NCBI RefSeq assembly: GCF_000497125.1
Contig: NC_090601.1
Span: 1,116,001 to 1,180,000 of the forward strand
Direction of reading: 5' to 3'
DNA length: 64,000 bases
DNA from: Spironucleus salmonicida
Taxonomy: Eukaryota
Shown here one piece after another: positions 14,238 through 25,851 of the stretch. The position numbers and the translations under genes were made by a program. The notes below the pieces were generated by a model. It had not been told where the DNA came from. It made no database searches and was given only the letters and a program-made list of their open reading frames with translations. Numbering within the stretch: the first letter of the stretch is position 1; every line of letters begins with the position of its first letter.

Positions 14238-16289
14238 TCATTAGCACTCGTTGAACCGCTGCTCGACCATAATCAGCTAAACGATCAAATTCAGGTATCC
14301 CATATTATCCGCGCCCAGTTATCTCCGCATCGCGTCCCCATCCAGCTCATTGTCGTTGTCATTTGCGTCCATAACCGCTCCATATACGTTGACAAAACTA
14401 TCAAATCCTAGCTCTTTTTCCATGAAGGCGCGTAGGCTCTCCATCCGATAGCAGAGGCTCTCTTTGGCGTTCGGATTGGTGAGCTTTTTCTTCCATTCGT
14501 CCGCAGCATTGGCCTTGTTGTTAAAATTCTAATCTGGCTAGTCTCCAAAATCAGAATCTGATGACTCCTCCGAACGCGCGTAGGGATCATACCGCTTGAC
14601 TGGTTACTTTTTGGCTGCCTGTGGCGCTTCAACTTGCGACTAAGGCTTTTTCCAGCCACCCAACGGTTCCGGCTCGTTGTCTTTAGCTTTCTGACGCTAC
14701 TTCATCTCGTCCAGCCTCTCTTAATCCTTACGTTTCTGGACCTCAATGAGATATTATTTCGGATTTTCACGCTTCAGCCTAGCCATATATTGGGCTCGCG
14801 CCGCGTCTCCGCCCGCAGCTGGTGCCTCTTTAGCGCCATCCAGCTCGCTCTGCCACTGACTTTGGTACTACTACTTGTTTTTCTCCAGTGCTATTTTCCG
14901 CTATTCTTGAAGATCTCGCTGCTGCTAAATAGCAGCATTTCGCATTTTGTCCTCCTCCATCTGAGCGCGTTTGCTGGCCTCCGCCTTCCGCTCCCGCATC
15001 TCAGCGTCGCGGGCTCTGCGCTCGAACTCCGCGCGCTCCTGCGCCATTTGCTAATTTTTGAGTTTCAGGGCCTCAATTTCACGCTGCCTCAGCGCATCCT
15101 GCTGTTTGGCTTGGTTTATAAGATTGTTCTCTTAATCTTGCCGGCTAGCAACCGGTTTCACGTTCAGCCCAGGCTGCATACCGTTAATCACTTATGGTTT
15201 GTTTTAGTTCGAATTTTGTGGGTAATTTACTCTAGAAGGTGGCTAATTAGAGGGGTAGGAGGTGCGTACCTACGCAGGCTGCTTGACAGCATTCTAAGGT
15301 GGATTTACTGGGTTCTGAACCACAGCGGCCTTATATTGCTGCATTTGCTCGTTTTCCTTCTGCGCGTAAACGTTTCCTGGCTGAACACTTGGTTTTTACT
15401 CGTTAAAACCCTTCAAAATGTCACCTTTTCCGTGGAAAACAGTATGCGCAAACTCATCCTGAAGAACCTCGTCAGGAAGCTGCTTCTAAATACGTTCCTG
15501 AAGGCACGGGAGCTTCAAAATCGTGTTCACACTAGGCCGCTTTTTAGGGTCTTTCTACAGCATTGCAGTACACAAATCGCGCATATTCTGGCTATATTTA
15601 CTGCTAATAGGCGTGTATTTCCCTTCCAAAATTTTTACGATTAGCATCTTCATATTCGCGGCCTCAAATGTGTGATTCAATGTGCAGAGCTCGTAAAGAA
15701 TACAACCGAGCGCCCATACATCAGATTTATTGTTGTAACCCTGATTATTGCATAATTCGGGAGACAGATAATAGGGCGTTCCGATGGCCGTTCTGGCGCA
15801 TTCCATCGTCGAATTTAAGATTTTTGAGACACCGAAATCACCAATTTTGCAGATCTTTTTTCCGCTCTAAAGATCCATGAAAATGTTCTGCGTCTTGAGG
15901 TCGCGGTGGAGGATTCTGCGGTCATGGATGTGCTTCAGGGCCAGAGTAATCTGGATGAACCAATCCCAGATCACCTGCTCGTCAAAGAGCTGTCCGCGCG
16001 TTTTCTGGCCTCTGATCGTGTCGTGGAGGTCGCCGCCGTTGGCAAACTCCATTACGATGTAGAGAAAGCGTTGGTCGGTGAATGACTCCTTGTAACCGGT
16101 GATGTACGGGTGGGCTAGCTTTTCGAGGATTTTTGACTCTTGTAGCGCCTCCTCGCGTTCTTGGGGCTTCATCGCAGATATTTGGATTATCTTCATCACG
16201 AATTATTTCTTTGTAGAAAGCTCTTGGACCAGAGCAGCTCTGCCGAACGAGCCTTTGCCGAGCGTTTTTATCTCCTTGTAACGGTTCAT
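14238..16289 (-). CDS. NEK: NEK (NIMA-related) Ser/Thr kinase with long coiled-coil C-terminus, 683 aa
   Basis: [37 protein letters not shown] motifs; continuous frame only when TAA/TAG=Gln. Confidence 0.95.
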
Positions 16290-16865
16290 ATTTTGTGGAA
16301 GGGTATGGCATATATTATATATATTATATAATAAATAGGGTGTGTGTAGAGGAAATTGATGTCAGTCAATAATGTCTAAATATTGAATCTGAGAGCAGGT
16401 TCGTTAGTAAAAGATAGCTGAAAGATAATTCTAATATGTGGAGGTGTGGTAACAATGAAATATTTGAAGAATATGTAGTATAGTATTTTTTGATAGAGTC
16501 TGAGTTTTTGCGTTTATTTCTTAATTTATTAAATGCTTATATTAAATAAAACATGTCTTAGCGACAACTTCTTATGAATTTCTATTATAACTAATCTTTA
16601 AGTGTTTTATATATGATGAAAGAAATTTACATAAATATTACATAATTAATTCATACTCATCTGCACATGTTAAATATGATACACACTTCGCAGCATATAA
16701 GTTTAGATAGACATAGCTTTATTGTAATATTTAAAATATATAAAGCATAGAAAGCTGTGATTTTTAATTGTGGGTAAATCGGCATTTCATGAGCATAGTT
16801 ATTTCATTTATTATAAATCGTTACGAATGATATAAAACTAATAAAATTATAACAGAAATCTGTGC

Positions 16866-17195
16866 TCATTTGAATGTAACGCCGCGGAGGAGGCCGTCCG
16901 CACCCACGAACACCGGCGTGCCGTGGAGTGTGGTGTAGAAGGGAACCTCTGGTTCCTCCAGGAGCACCGCTCCCAGTGCGCGTCTGAGCTCGTCTGCCTG
17001 TCTAGTCGCGGTAATAGCAGCGAGATCTGGCGCCAGTAGCGCTTCCAGCCCCGGGAGCTGGGCGGAGCCGCGAGCCCGGAGAACGAGACCCGTAACCAGG
17101 AAGCATAAGAAAACTGCAAGCAGTGCGTGAGATGCCATACGTTGTCTCGCCTCATGTCGCTCGAGGGCTTCGATGTGCTGGTTAGCGGTCGCCAT
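16866..17195 (-). CDS. Hypothetical single-TM protein, 109 aa (IR1 left copy)
   Basis: ATG..TGA ORF with TM segment HALLAVFLCFLVTGLVL. Confidence 0.6.
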   Translation of the reverse strand: MATANQHIEALERHEARQRMASHALLAVFLCFLVTGLVLRARGSAQLPGLEALLAPDLAAITATRQADELRRALGAVLLEEPEVPFYTTLHGTPVFVGADGLLRGVTFK

Positions 17196-17210
17196 TAGTG
17201 GAGTGGTAGC

Positions 17211-17744
17211 TCACTTGTGCAGCTTGCGGTTGCGTTTCGCGTGCTTGTTCTGCGCGGATCGCACCTTCATGCGTGCGAGGCGCACTAGCTGCTCTGTGCG
17301 CTCGATCTCGCCGCGGCGGGCCTCGACCTTGCCGGTCATGCGCGCGTCCTTGAGGAAGACCTCGTCCACAATGGAGCGCGCCTGTTGCCGCTTGGTGAGA
17401 CGGCTATAGAACTCCCGACTGCCTGGAAGCACGGCGGCCAGCTGTACGCGGTCGGGCAGCGCGCCCTCCCAGTCAGTGATCTGGCGCCTGCCAAGGTCGC
17501 GCAGCTTGAGCGCCTCCAGCTCCAGGCGTGTTCTGGCGGTTAGCTCCATGTCTGCCATGGCGTGGAAGCTGCGTGCTCCCTGGGACTTCGCTTGCGGTGG
17601 AGGGGCGCGCCAGTGACAGTCTGCGGGACCGGCGGTGTCTGGAAGGCGCGAGAACTGCTACACCATGCGGGCCGTCTCCGCGGAGAGGGTGGGCGCCTGC
17701 TGGGTACTGAACGTGGTACTGGGCGTGTAGCCGAAGACGTCCAT
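17211..17744 (-). CDS. FCF2: Fcf2-like pre-rRNA processing protein, 177 aa (IR1 left copy)
   Basis: FHAMADMELTARTRLELEALKLRD...LPDRVQLAAVLPGSREFYSRLTKRQQARSIVDEV resembles the Fcf2/DNTTIP2 C-terminal domain; one TAG read through. Confidence 0.75.
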
Positions 17745-17762
17745 TGCGGAGCGGAGCGGGGA

Positions 17763-18071
17763 ATGCAGAGCTAGGTGTAGTTCAGCCTCCCGCTCGCGCT
17801 AGCCTGTGCATCCTGCGCAACGGTGCTGCCATACAACGCAAAGCTGCGAGCGCGCAAGCGGGTAGTACCGGGGGGGCTGTGCTTCGCCGTCCGCTGCCCG
17901 TCCTGCCGTGGCACGCTAGAGGTGCGTCAGGAGGCGGGAGTATTCCGCGCGGGTGACGGGGCCGAGATACCGCCATCTAAGTTGCAGCCCGTCCAGAGCA
18001 GGGCAGAGCCGCCCACTTCGGAGTCAGACCTGGACTTCGCGGCAGCTATCCGTCAGCAACGGAGCGAGTGA
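17763..18071 (+). CDS. Yju2/Cwc16/CCDC130-like zinc-binding protein, 102 aa (IR1 left copy)
   Basis: VQFSLPLALACASC...KLRARKRVV...FAVRCPSCRGTLEV...GA follows the Yju2/CCDC130 twin-CxxC pattern. Confidence 0.6.
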
Positions 18072-18081
18072 CCCTTCCACA

Positions 18082-19419
18082 ATGTCCACCATCCAGCGCT
18101 ACGTCGCCGAGGCAGCCCAGGCCGAGTCCCTGCGCCGCGGCCCCGAGACCTTCGCTGAGCGCCACGTGTTCGTGGACCTCACCGAGCTGCTAACCTACCT
18201 AGCCGACCGGGAAGCTTCCCTCGCAGCATTCCGGGGAGACCTACGCCCCCTGACCGCGGGACTGGACTGCTTCCTGCAGGGTGTACTGGCTCTGGGACCT
18301 GCCTCAGTCACGCTGGCCCAGGACGGTAATCCCAGCCAAGCCGTCGCGCTGCACTGCCTGCCCCTGCAGATGGCTTAGGCTGCAGCCGCCACGCGGTTCT
18401 AGCGCACCGGGAACGTTAAGTTCGCATAGGAGGCCTTCCGGCTGAGCCCCAGACAGCGACTGCAGGTCCACGAGCATCTTGTCGCCTCGTTCCCGGCTGT
18501 GCGCTCCCTCATCGCCCCAGTGCTGGCGCGGCACTATGTTCGGGGCTACGACATCGCCGTATCCCAAGCTCAGTGGGCCCTGCTCTCTGCAGCAGACGTG
18601 GTACCAAGCTTCCATGCGCTCGGAATGCTGCTCAGCGGGGAGCTAGCCACCCTGGAGGTGTACGATGCCCAGTTCCTGGAGCACGTCCTCGGGCAGGACC
18701 GTGACCGTCTCGCCCTCCTCCTCGGGGATGAGTATTTTCCTGGTTATTCAGTACTTCCGATTATTGAACATACAGGATTGAAATACTAAAAATTATAAAA
18801 ATTGAACATTAAGTTATAGAAAATTACTTTTAATACGGCTATGGATATCTCTAAAGGAAAAACTATTTCACAAATTGCTACTTATATGCTAGGTTAAGAA
18901 AACTATATAGTATAACATGTGTTTGATGACTATAATCGGTAACTCACCTCATTAGAAGTATTAATGTCAATACTGGAGCGATAAATGCTATAATTTTATT
19001 CTGAAGTTTATAACATTACTACGTAAGAATTTTCTTCTCCAAAATGTACTAATTAGGATAGCGACTTTTCATCATAGTATTTTTGCAGTTATTTTAAGAG
19101 TTACCATGGAAATACTCATAATTCAACATCAATTATACAAGAGAATTTAAACATCTATGATAAAATTATTTATCTCTTATAAGATCTCGTCTAAATGCGT
19201 AAATTTGTCCAATTTAATAAAACTAAGCATAATATGCCATTGACTTTTGAGGAATACTGTTATTTTGCACAGTTATCTATTAAACCCAGATCTGGAGCTA
19301 AAGTATTTCTTGCCGAAATGCAGAAACAAGGCGTGCAGGAGGTGTCACAGTATGTATCTTGGGAAAAATTGACTCAGGAAGACCCAGGCGAGCTAATAAA
19401 GCGCATTTTAAGAAGATGA
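18082..19419 (+). CDS. PIN-like XPG/FEN1-superfamily protein, probably inactive, 445 aa (variant A)
   Basis: HVFVDLTELL, VTLAQDGNP, SLIAP and H3TH-like LALLLGDEYFPG; several catalytic acidic positions appear substituted. Confidence 0.65.
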
Positions 19420-19430
19420 TTATATTTTTA

Positions 19431-21269
19431 TCACTCGATACCTCTCACGTAGTTACCACTCAGTTCGCCTCCCCTAATTTTCCACTCCCCGTCAACCAAT
19501 TCGCACATTTCCTCCAGCTGTTTCTAGATATTTTTAGGTATGAAATAGTCCAAAATGGCCTATTTTTATGCTATTTGCATCTAAATTCGCTCCATATCCA
19601 CCTGCCTAATTTCTCGCTCGCGCGCATTCTCGCTCTGCTAGTTCTGATATTCGTCTAGTTTCTCCTAATTCTTCACCGAATACTTTTCAGATTTTCGCTT
19701 CAAAGCGTCGATTTCCTCTTGAATGTTCTAGTAATTCTGCTCATCCAGGACTTCCTTCTCCGCCTGCTCCTCCAGCTACCTTTTCAGCTGTTGCGCCGCC
19801 ACCTTTCTGTCCGCAATTTCCTGACGTGCAATTCGTAGCTCTCTCTCTTGCTGCTCCTACTCAGTCTGCAACTACTCCTTTTGCGACAGCTGGCGCTTCT
19901 GCTGCTCGATTTTCTCTGCCATCTGCTGGACGAATTTACGCGCTGCTTCAGACTTCGCCTCCTTCTATTGGAGCCTATTTAGAAGCTGCTGATGCTGGTT
20001 CTTCTGCAGCTCAATTTCGTCCTCTGATAGTTTCTTGACGTTGAGCTTCTTGACAACGTGTATTTTAGATAGTTTTTCCTAGATTATTTAAATTTGTTCG
20101 GCCTGGTGCTGTTGGCCCTCTTCCGTGTCTGGCTAAACGCCAGAAAACAACTTTTGGAGCTACTCCTCAAGACTTTAAATTTAGTCCTTCATCTCGCGAA
20201 TCTAGGCATCTTTTGGGTCTTCATTTACTTTCGCCTTGTTTTTGATTCTTTTGGCCCTATCAGCGTATCTAAGCGTAGACATTGTCTCTTCAAAATTTGT
20301 CGAAGCTGGTGAGACAGCTACGACCATCAACGTTTTTGAATTTCCTCCTAATGAGTCTTTTAATAAATGTGTTAATTTTGACTGTCTGTAAGGGATATGT
20401 GTCTCTTGATCAACTAGTTTTTAAATGACAATACCAAGATTTGATAACGATAAATTAATCTTAGCACCTTCTTTTAGACGATCACCAGTAGCTTCAGTTT
20501 TTCCTTGACGCTCAGAACCAGCTAAGTCAACTAAATTAAGTTTTCCAACACGAACAGTTTCTTTTCCTTCTATAATTTGTTAGCATTCAACAATAACTTA
20601 AAAAATCGAATGGGATCGAGATGATGTAGCGTTCATTTTTGTTGCTGCCACAGATCTGTGCTTATTTCCCTTTTCCATGATATCATTAATCTCCTTATCA
20701 GATTAAACCTAATATTCTGTAAGGCCATTAATATAAACACCTTTGTCAGGATTTTCATTAACTGGTAAATTTAAAATACCCGTCATTAAGTCACGAATCT
20801 ACTCATTATAAATTTCATAAAATGAACATCTAACTAAATATGAAGTATCATCATCAGCCGAGGATATATAGTCAAAAATACGTTAAATTGCCATTGGAAT
20901 CATCCCAATATCATCTCCATAGCCCATCATTGTATATGTTTTTCCAGACCCAGTTTATCCATAAGCAAAAACAGTGCTATTGAAACCTTATAAAACAAAT
21001 TCAACAGCAGGCCTAACAGACTCATCAAAGACTTCAATTTGAGTAGACCATTAGTCTTTATCGTTTTATCCATAAACAGCATCAAATGTAAAAGTTTGAT
21101 ACGATTTTTCAGCAAGTTGTTTCCCGGATATATCTTTAGAGAATGGTTTTTCAACCTAAACCTAGCCCATTGGTTTATTCATTCGAATAATTTAAGTTGC
21201 ACCTTCATTTGCTTCACGCTAATTAAAGGGTCTGCAACGAATGAGAACTTTAACATTATCATCGGACAT
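19431..21269 (-). CDS. Kinesin motor, kinesin-2/KIF3-like, 612 aa
   Basis: [21 protein letters not shown] (Q=TAA), [40 protein letters not shown] neck, coiled-coil tail. Confidence 0.95.
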
Positions 21270-21401
21270 TTGTGACAAAAAATAGTATTTATTATTATAT
21301 TATATATAAAATTTGTTTCATTTTAATTATAGAGATAAACAGGTTAAAACTCTTTTATTTGTGTAATTTGTATCAGTATAATATTAACTTTAACTATAAT
21401 A

Positions 21402-22670
21402 TCACACTTCTAACTAGTTTAAAACCTCATATCTATCTGATTCTAAATTGACTTCATATAATTATTCTATAATAGTATAAAAGGTATCTACTTTAAAAGA
21501 GTGTTAATAAAAATATTTAAATTCATGATAATTTAAGCATAAGTCTTTGCTCTTGAACTGCTTGTATTATTTATAAATAAACTCATTAATTTAAATATTC
21601 TTGAATAATAGTAATTTTTTAATGAGACAATGATATTCAATAATAAAAGTTGATTGTATTGTCTAATCACATGGTTATAAGTTACTGAAGATGTATTTGT
21701 TGCTAAAATGTTATAATGCAAACTTATAATCTTATTAAGTAATAGGATTTTTATGAAAAGAACTGTCTGATATAATACAATAAATAATATCAAAAAATCG
21801 TAAAAATTATCGCTATAGAATACAATTAAGACTTTAAAACTAATTAAGGATATATTTAGTTTATGTGTAGTTATCTTTGTAACAAACGAGGAAATATTCA
21901 TCCTTATACAAAAAATCAATTAAATTAACCATATCATATTATTAAATTAAACATAGTGTTTAAACAATTGATATCTAATAAATAACATTTTTTCTTTTAT
22001 AACTAAATCCAGGAAAATACTCATCCCCGAGGAGGAGGGCGAGACGGTCACGGTCCTGCCCGAGGACGTGCTCCAGGAACTGGGCATCGTACACCTCCAG
22101 GGTGGCTAGCTCCCCGCTGAGCAGCATTCCGAGCGCATGGAAGCTTGGTACCACGTCTGCTGCAGAGAGCAGGGCCCACTGAGCTTGGGATACGGCGATG
22201 TCGTAGCCCCGAACATAGTGCCGCGCCAGCACTGGGGCGATGAGGGAGCGCACAGCCGGGAACGAGGCGACAAGATGCTCGTGGACCTGCAGTCGCTGTC
22301 TGGGGCTCAGCCGGAAGGCCTCCTATGCGAACTTAACGTTCCCGGTGCGCTAGAACCGCGTGGCGGCTGCAGCCTAAGCCATCTGCAGGGGCAGGCAGTG
22401 CAGCGCGACGGCTTGGCTGGGATTACCGTCCTGGGCCAGCGTGACTGAGGCAGGTCCCAGAGCCAGTACACCCTGCAGGAAGCAGTCCAGTCCCGCGGTC
22501 AGGGGGCGTAGGTCTCCCCGGAATGCTGCGAGGGAAGCTTCCCGGTCGGCTAGGTAGGTTAGCAGCTCGGTGAGGTCCACGAACACGTGGCGCTCAGCGA
22601 AGGTCTCGGGGCCGCGGCGCAGGGACTCGGCCTGGGCTGCCTCGGCGACGTAGCGCTGGATGGTGGACAT
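21402..22670 (-). CDS. PIN-like XPG/FEN1-superfamily protein, 422 aa (variant B; same N-terminus, diverged C-terminus)
   Basis: Frame stays open about 200 codons past the IR edge to TGA 21404-21402. Confidence 0.65.
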
Positions 22671-22680
22671 TGTGGAAGGG

Positions 22681-22989
22681 TCACTCGCTCCGTTGCTGAC
22701 GGATAGCTGCCGCGAAGTCCAGGTCTGACTCCGAAGTGGGCGGCTCTGCCCTGCTCTGGACGGGCTGCAACTTAGATGGCGGTATCTCGGCCCCGTCACC
22801 CGCGCGGAATACTCCCGCCTCCTGACGCACCTCTAGCGTGCCACGGCAGGACGGGCAGCGGACGGCGAAGCACAGCCCCCCCGGTACTACCCGCTTGCGC
22901 GCTCGCAGCTTTGCGTTGTATGGCAGCACCGTTGCGCAGGATGCACAGGCTAGCGCGAGCGGGAGGCTGAACTACACCTAGCTCTGCAT
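22681..22989 (-). CDS. Yju2/Cwc16/CCDC130-like protein (IR1 right copy)
   Basis: Mirror of 17763-18071. Confidence 0.6.
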
Positions 22990-23007
22990 TCCCCGCTCCG
23001 CTCCGCA

Positions 23008-23541
23008 ATGGACGTCTTCGGCTACACGCCCAGTACCACGTTCAGTACCCAGCAGGCGCCCACCCTCTCCGCGGAGACGGCCCGCATGGTGTAGCAGTTC
23101 TCGCGCCTTCCAGACACCGCCGGTCCCGCAGACTGTCACTGGCGCGCCCCTCCACCGCAAGCGAAGTCCCAGGGAGCACGCAGCTTCCACGCCATGGCAG
23201 ACATGGAGCTAACCGCCAGAACACGCCTGGAGCTGGAGGCGCTCAAGCTGCGCGACCTTGGCAGGCGCCAGATCACTGACTGGGAGGGCGCGCTGCCCGA
23301 CCGCGTACAGCTGGCCGCCGTGCTTCCAGGCAGTCGGGAGTTCTATAGCCGTCTCACCAAGCGGCAACAGGCGCGCTCCATTGTGGACGAGGTCTTCCTC
23401 AAGGACGCGCGCATGACCGGCAAGGTCGAGGCCCGCCGCGGCGAGATCGAGCGCACAGAGCAGCTAGTGCGCCTCGCACGCATGAAGGTGCGATCCGCGC
23501 AGAACAAGCACGCGAAACGCAACCGCAAGCTGCACAAGTGA
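23008..23541 (+). CDS. FCF2: Fcf2-like protein (IR1 right copy)
   Basis: Mirror of 17211-17744. Confidence 0.75.
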
Positions 23542-23556
23542 GCTACCACTCCACTA

Positions 23557-23886
23557 ATGGCGACCGCTAACCAGCACATCGAAGCCCTCGAGCGACATGA
23601 GGCGAGACAACGTATGGCATCTCACGCACTGCTTGCAGTTTTCTTATGCTTCCTGGTTACGGGTCTCGTTCTCCGGGCTCGCGGCTCCGCCCAGCTCCCG
23701 GGGCTGGAAGCGCTACTGGCGCCAGATCTCGCTGCTATTACCGCGACTAGACAGGCAGACGAGCTCAGACGCGCACTGGGAGCGGTGCTCCTGGAGGAAC
23801 CAGAGGTTCCCTTCTACACCACACTCCACGGCACGCCGGTGTTCGTGGGTGCGGACGGCCTCCTCCGCGGCGTTACATTCAAATGA
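23557..23886 (+). CDS. Hypothetical single-TM protein (IR1 right copy)
   Basis: Mirror of 16866-17195. Confidence 0.6.
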   Translation: MATANQHIEALERHEARQRMASHALLAVFLCFLVTGLVLRARGSAQLPGLEALLAPDLAAITATRQADELRRALGAVLLEEPEVPFYTTLHGTPVFVGADGLLRGVTFK

Positions 23887-24134
23887 AATTCAATTTTATC
23901 TCTATTTGATGTGATGCTTCTTCGGTAAAATTTATTCGCTCACGTATAAAGTATGTCTATTTCTATAGTTAAATTTAATGAATTGTATAATTAGTAATTG
24001 TTCATCAATCCGTATATAGAATATAATATCTATATATATTAACAAATATATGTAATATAATTTAATCTCGATCTAAAAATATTACTATCATATTTAGTAT
24101 ATATCGGCGCGCTAAGATCAACTCTAATTATTAA

Positions 24135-24614
24135 ATGAGAACCGTGATTAAACCAGTAAATAAACCACACATCTAAAAATATAGTGAGCAGTATTCGCAT
24201 AAATCAACTCTCTTACCGTGCATGAAGAACAAATCTTTCTAGATGCCTTCATTACACGCAAGTTCCTTTAGTGTTCCGTAGGCATATCTTACTAAACCTG
24301 TCCGAAGCTTAATCCTGAGAAATGTATACCCAGAACAAACAGATTAAATTCCGGTATTAAAAAGATAGATATCTTAGATAAGCTTCAGGGATTTCACCCA
24401 GGACATCATCCCTCACATTCGACTCCAATAGCGGCTCGCCGATATAGATAAAGTTCGTGAAGCAGCTGAGAGCGAATGGCGCGTGGTCAATAAAGTAAGG
24501 AAGGGGAGCTTTGTTGAGTAGGAGGACGGGCTGCAAGAACCGAGCCATATAAAACTCATCCGAAGGCAAAGTTTTATGCGTAGCTGCAGCAACCTTTTCG
24601 ATATTGAGAAATGA
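24135..24614 (+). CDS. Hypothetical protein, 159 aa (copy 1), straddles outer IR2 edge
   Basis: Code-6 ORF MRTVIKPVNKPHIQKY...SCSNLFDIEK*. Confidence 0.6.
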
Positions 24615-24721
24615 TGTAGTGCCCCAAAGAATGCGCGTACAACCTTTCTGCGCTAAACTAAAATGAATAGTATTTTACTCACTTCATCGTCCCTAAATTA
24701 TACAGCCCTGCATCAAAGATA

Positions 24722-25294
24722 TCACTTGTAGTCGCGCCTCTCATACCCGCCACGTCTATCACCGCCATCTCTTTTCTCGTATCCACCACGCCTGTCGCCG
24801 CCGTCCCTATCACCACCACGCCTATCATTATAACCGCCACGTCTATCACCACCATCTCTGTCACCACCGCGTCTGTCATTATATCCTCCGCGTCTGTCAC
24901 CGCCATTGAATCCACCACGGTTATCACCACGTTTTGCAAAGCTTTCTCTAATGTTCTTATATACTTCGGCTTCCTCGTCACCACTGACGATGGACAACTT
25001 AACCTCATTCTGCCCAAGGACAAGAGGTGTCTCGGCAAACTCTTCCATAACCTTCTTGGTTGCATCAACGTCTTATTCAGAAAACCTTAGCACGGCCTCA
25101 GTCTTACCAGCGGCATAGTCTACATGCTTGATGAAACCAAACTTTCCAAACACTTCTTTGAGAATCTCGCGTGTTACACGCTGATCCTTGACATCCTCTG
25201 AGTCAGGGCGGAAATCTCTGTCAAATACACCATCATTGACACCAATGACGCCGATATCTGATATCCTAAGGAGGAGGTCCTTAATAAATTCCAT
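24722..25294 (-). CDS. Stand-alone xRRM (La-type C-terminal RRM) + RGG-repeat RNA-binding protein, 190 aa (copy 1)
   Basis: LLLRISDI...VTREILKEVFGKFGFIKHVDYAAGKTEAVLRF...LSIVSGDEEAEVYKNI, then DRRGG repeats; one TAA read through. Confidence 0.85.
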
Positions 25295-25401
25295 TTGGAG
25301 GAAGTGAAAGAGGAGAGGAGAATTTGTGGAGTGGTGTATATAATATTGAACTAACAGAGCGGGGTGGAGATTATTATATAAAACGGGCCACATGATCACG
25401 A

Positions 25402-25623
25402 ATGGAACACGTGAATGCAAAGATTTACAAGGCCTCACAGATTGAGAACCTTAACCAAGTTTTCTTGTCATAATAGTCTTAAAAGTCCGCCGTCGCCGCG
25501 GAACATAGCTAGAGAGGTATAGTATAGGCACACCCGCCTGTATATGCGCATATCGATCGTCCTCAGATTCTAGACGTACTAGATTCCGCACAGGCTAGAA
25601 AAGCGGCTAAGCTCCTCGAATGA
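25402..25623 (+). CDS. Small hypothetical protein, 73 aa, inside the IR2 arm (also at 28120-28341 -, 31556-31777 +, 34274-34495 -, 37711-37932 +)
   Basis: MEHVNAKIYKASQIENL...KAAKLLE*; divergent from the xRRM gene; stop lies 6 nt from the arm edge. Confidence 0.45.
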
Positions 25624-25851
25624 TAATTTCAGGTATATTGATACTCATTCATTATCAATTTTGTAAAGTATATTTTGCTGTCTCTTCAACATAGAGGTTT
25701 ATATTGATCAATGTTCATGAATAATCACTATCCGTATTTCTCTCATCTATTCTGTTGAACACTGAGAGTTTGATATTCTATGGTTTTTAGAGCTTTAATA
25801 TATTTATATACCATTAATATATAAAAATTATAGATTATTTGATCTTAGCAA

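Larger units (their letters stand above)
16866..18743. repeat. IR1 left arm (1878 bp, GC-rich); reverse complement of 22009-23886
   Basis: Mirror-image ORF track (coordinate sum 40752); boundaries checked base by base. Confidence 0.97.
22009..23886. repeat. IR1 right arm
   Basis: Reverse complement of 16866-18743. Confidence 0.97.

Noticed and set aside
14634-15644. 336-aa Leu-rich + strand ORF
   Set aside because: Antisense shadow of the NEK coiled-coil region
16866-18743. GC-rich arms as bacterial horizontal transfer or contamination
   Set aside because: Genes are eukaryotic types, use TAG as Gln and run in-frame into AT-rich host sequence
16866-23886. IR1 as a composite transposon or DNA transposon TIRs
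   Set aside because: Arms encode cellular genes; no transposase; no target-site duplication seen
24724-24930. Short direct repeats as a CRISPR-like array
   Set aside because: They are codons of the DRRGG repeats of the xRRM protein; no unique spacers
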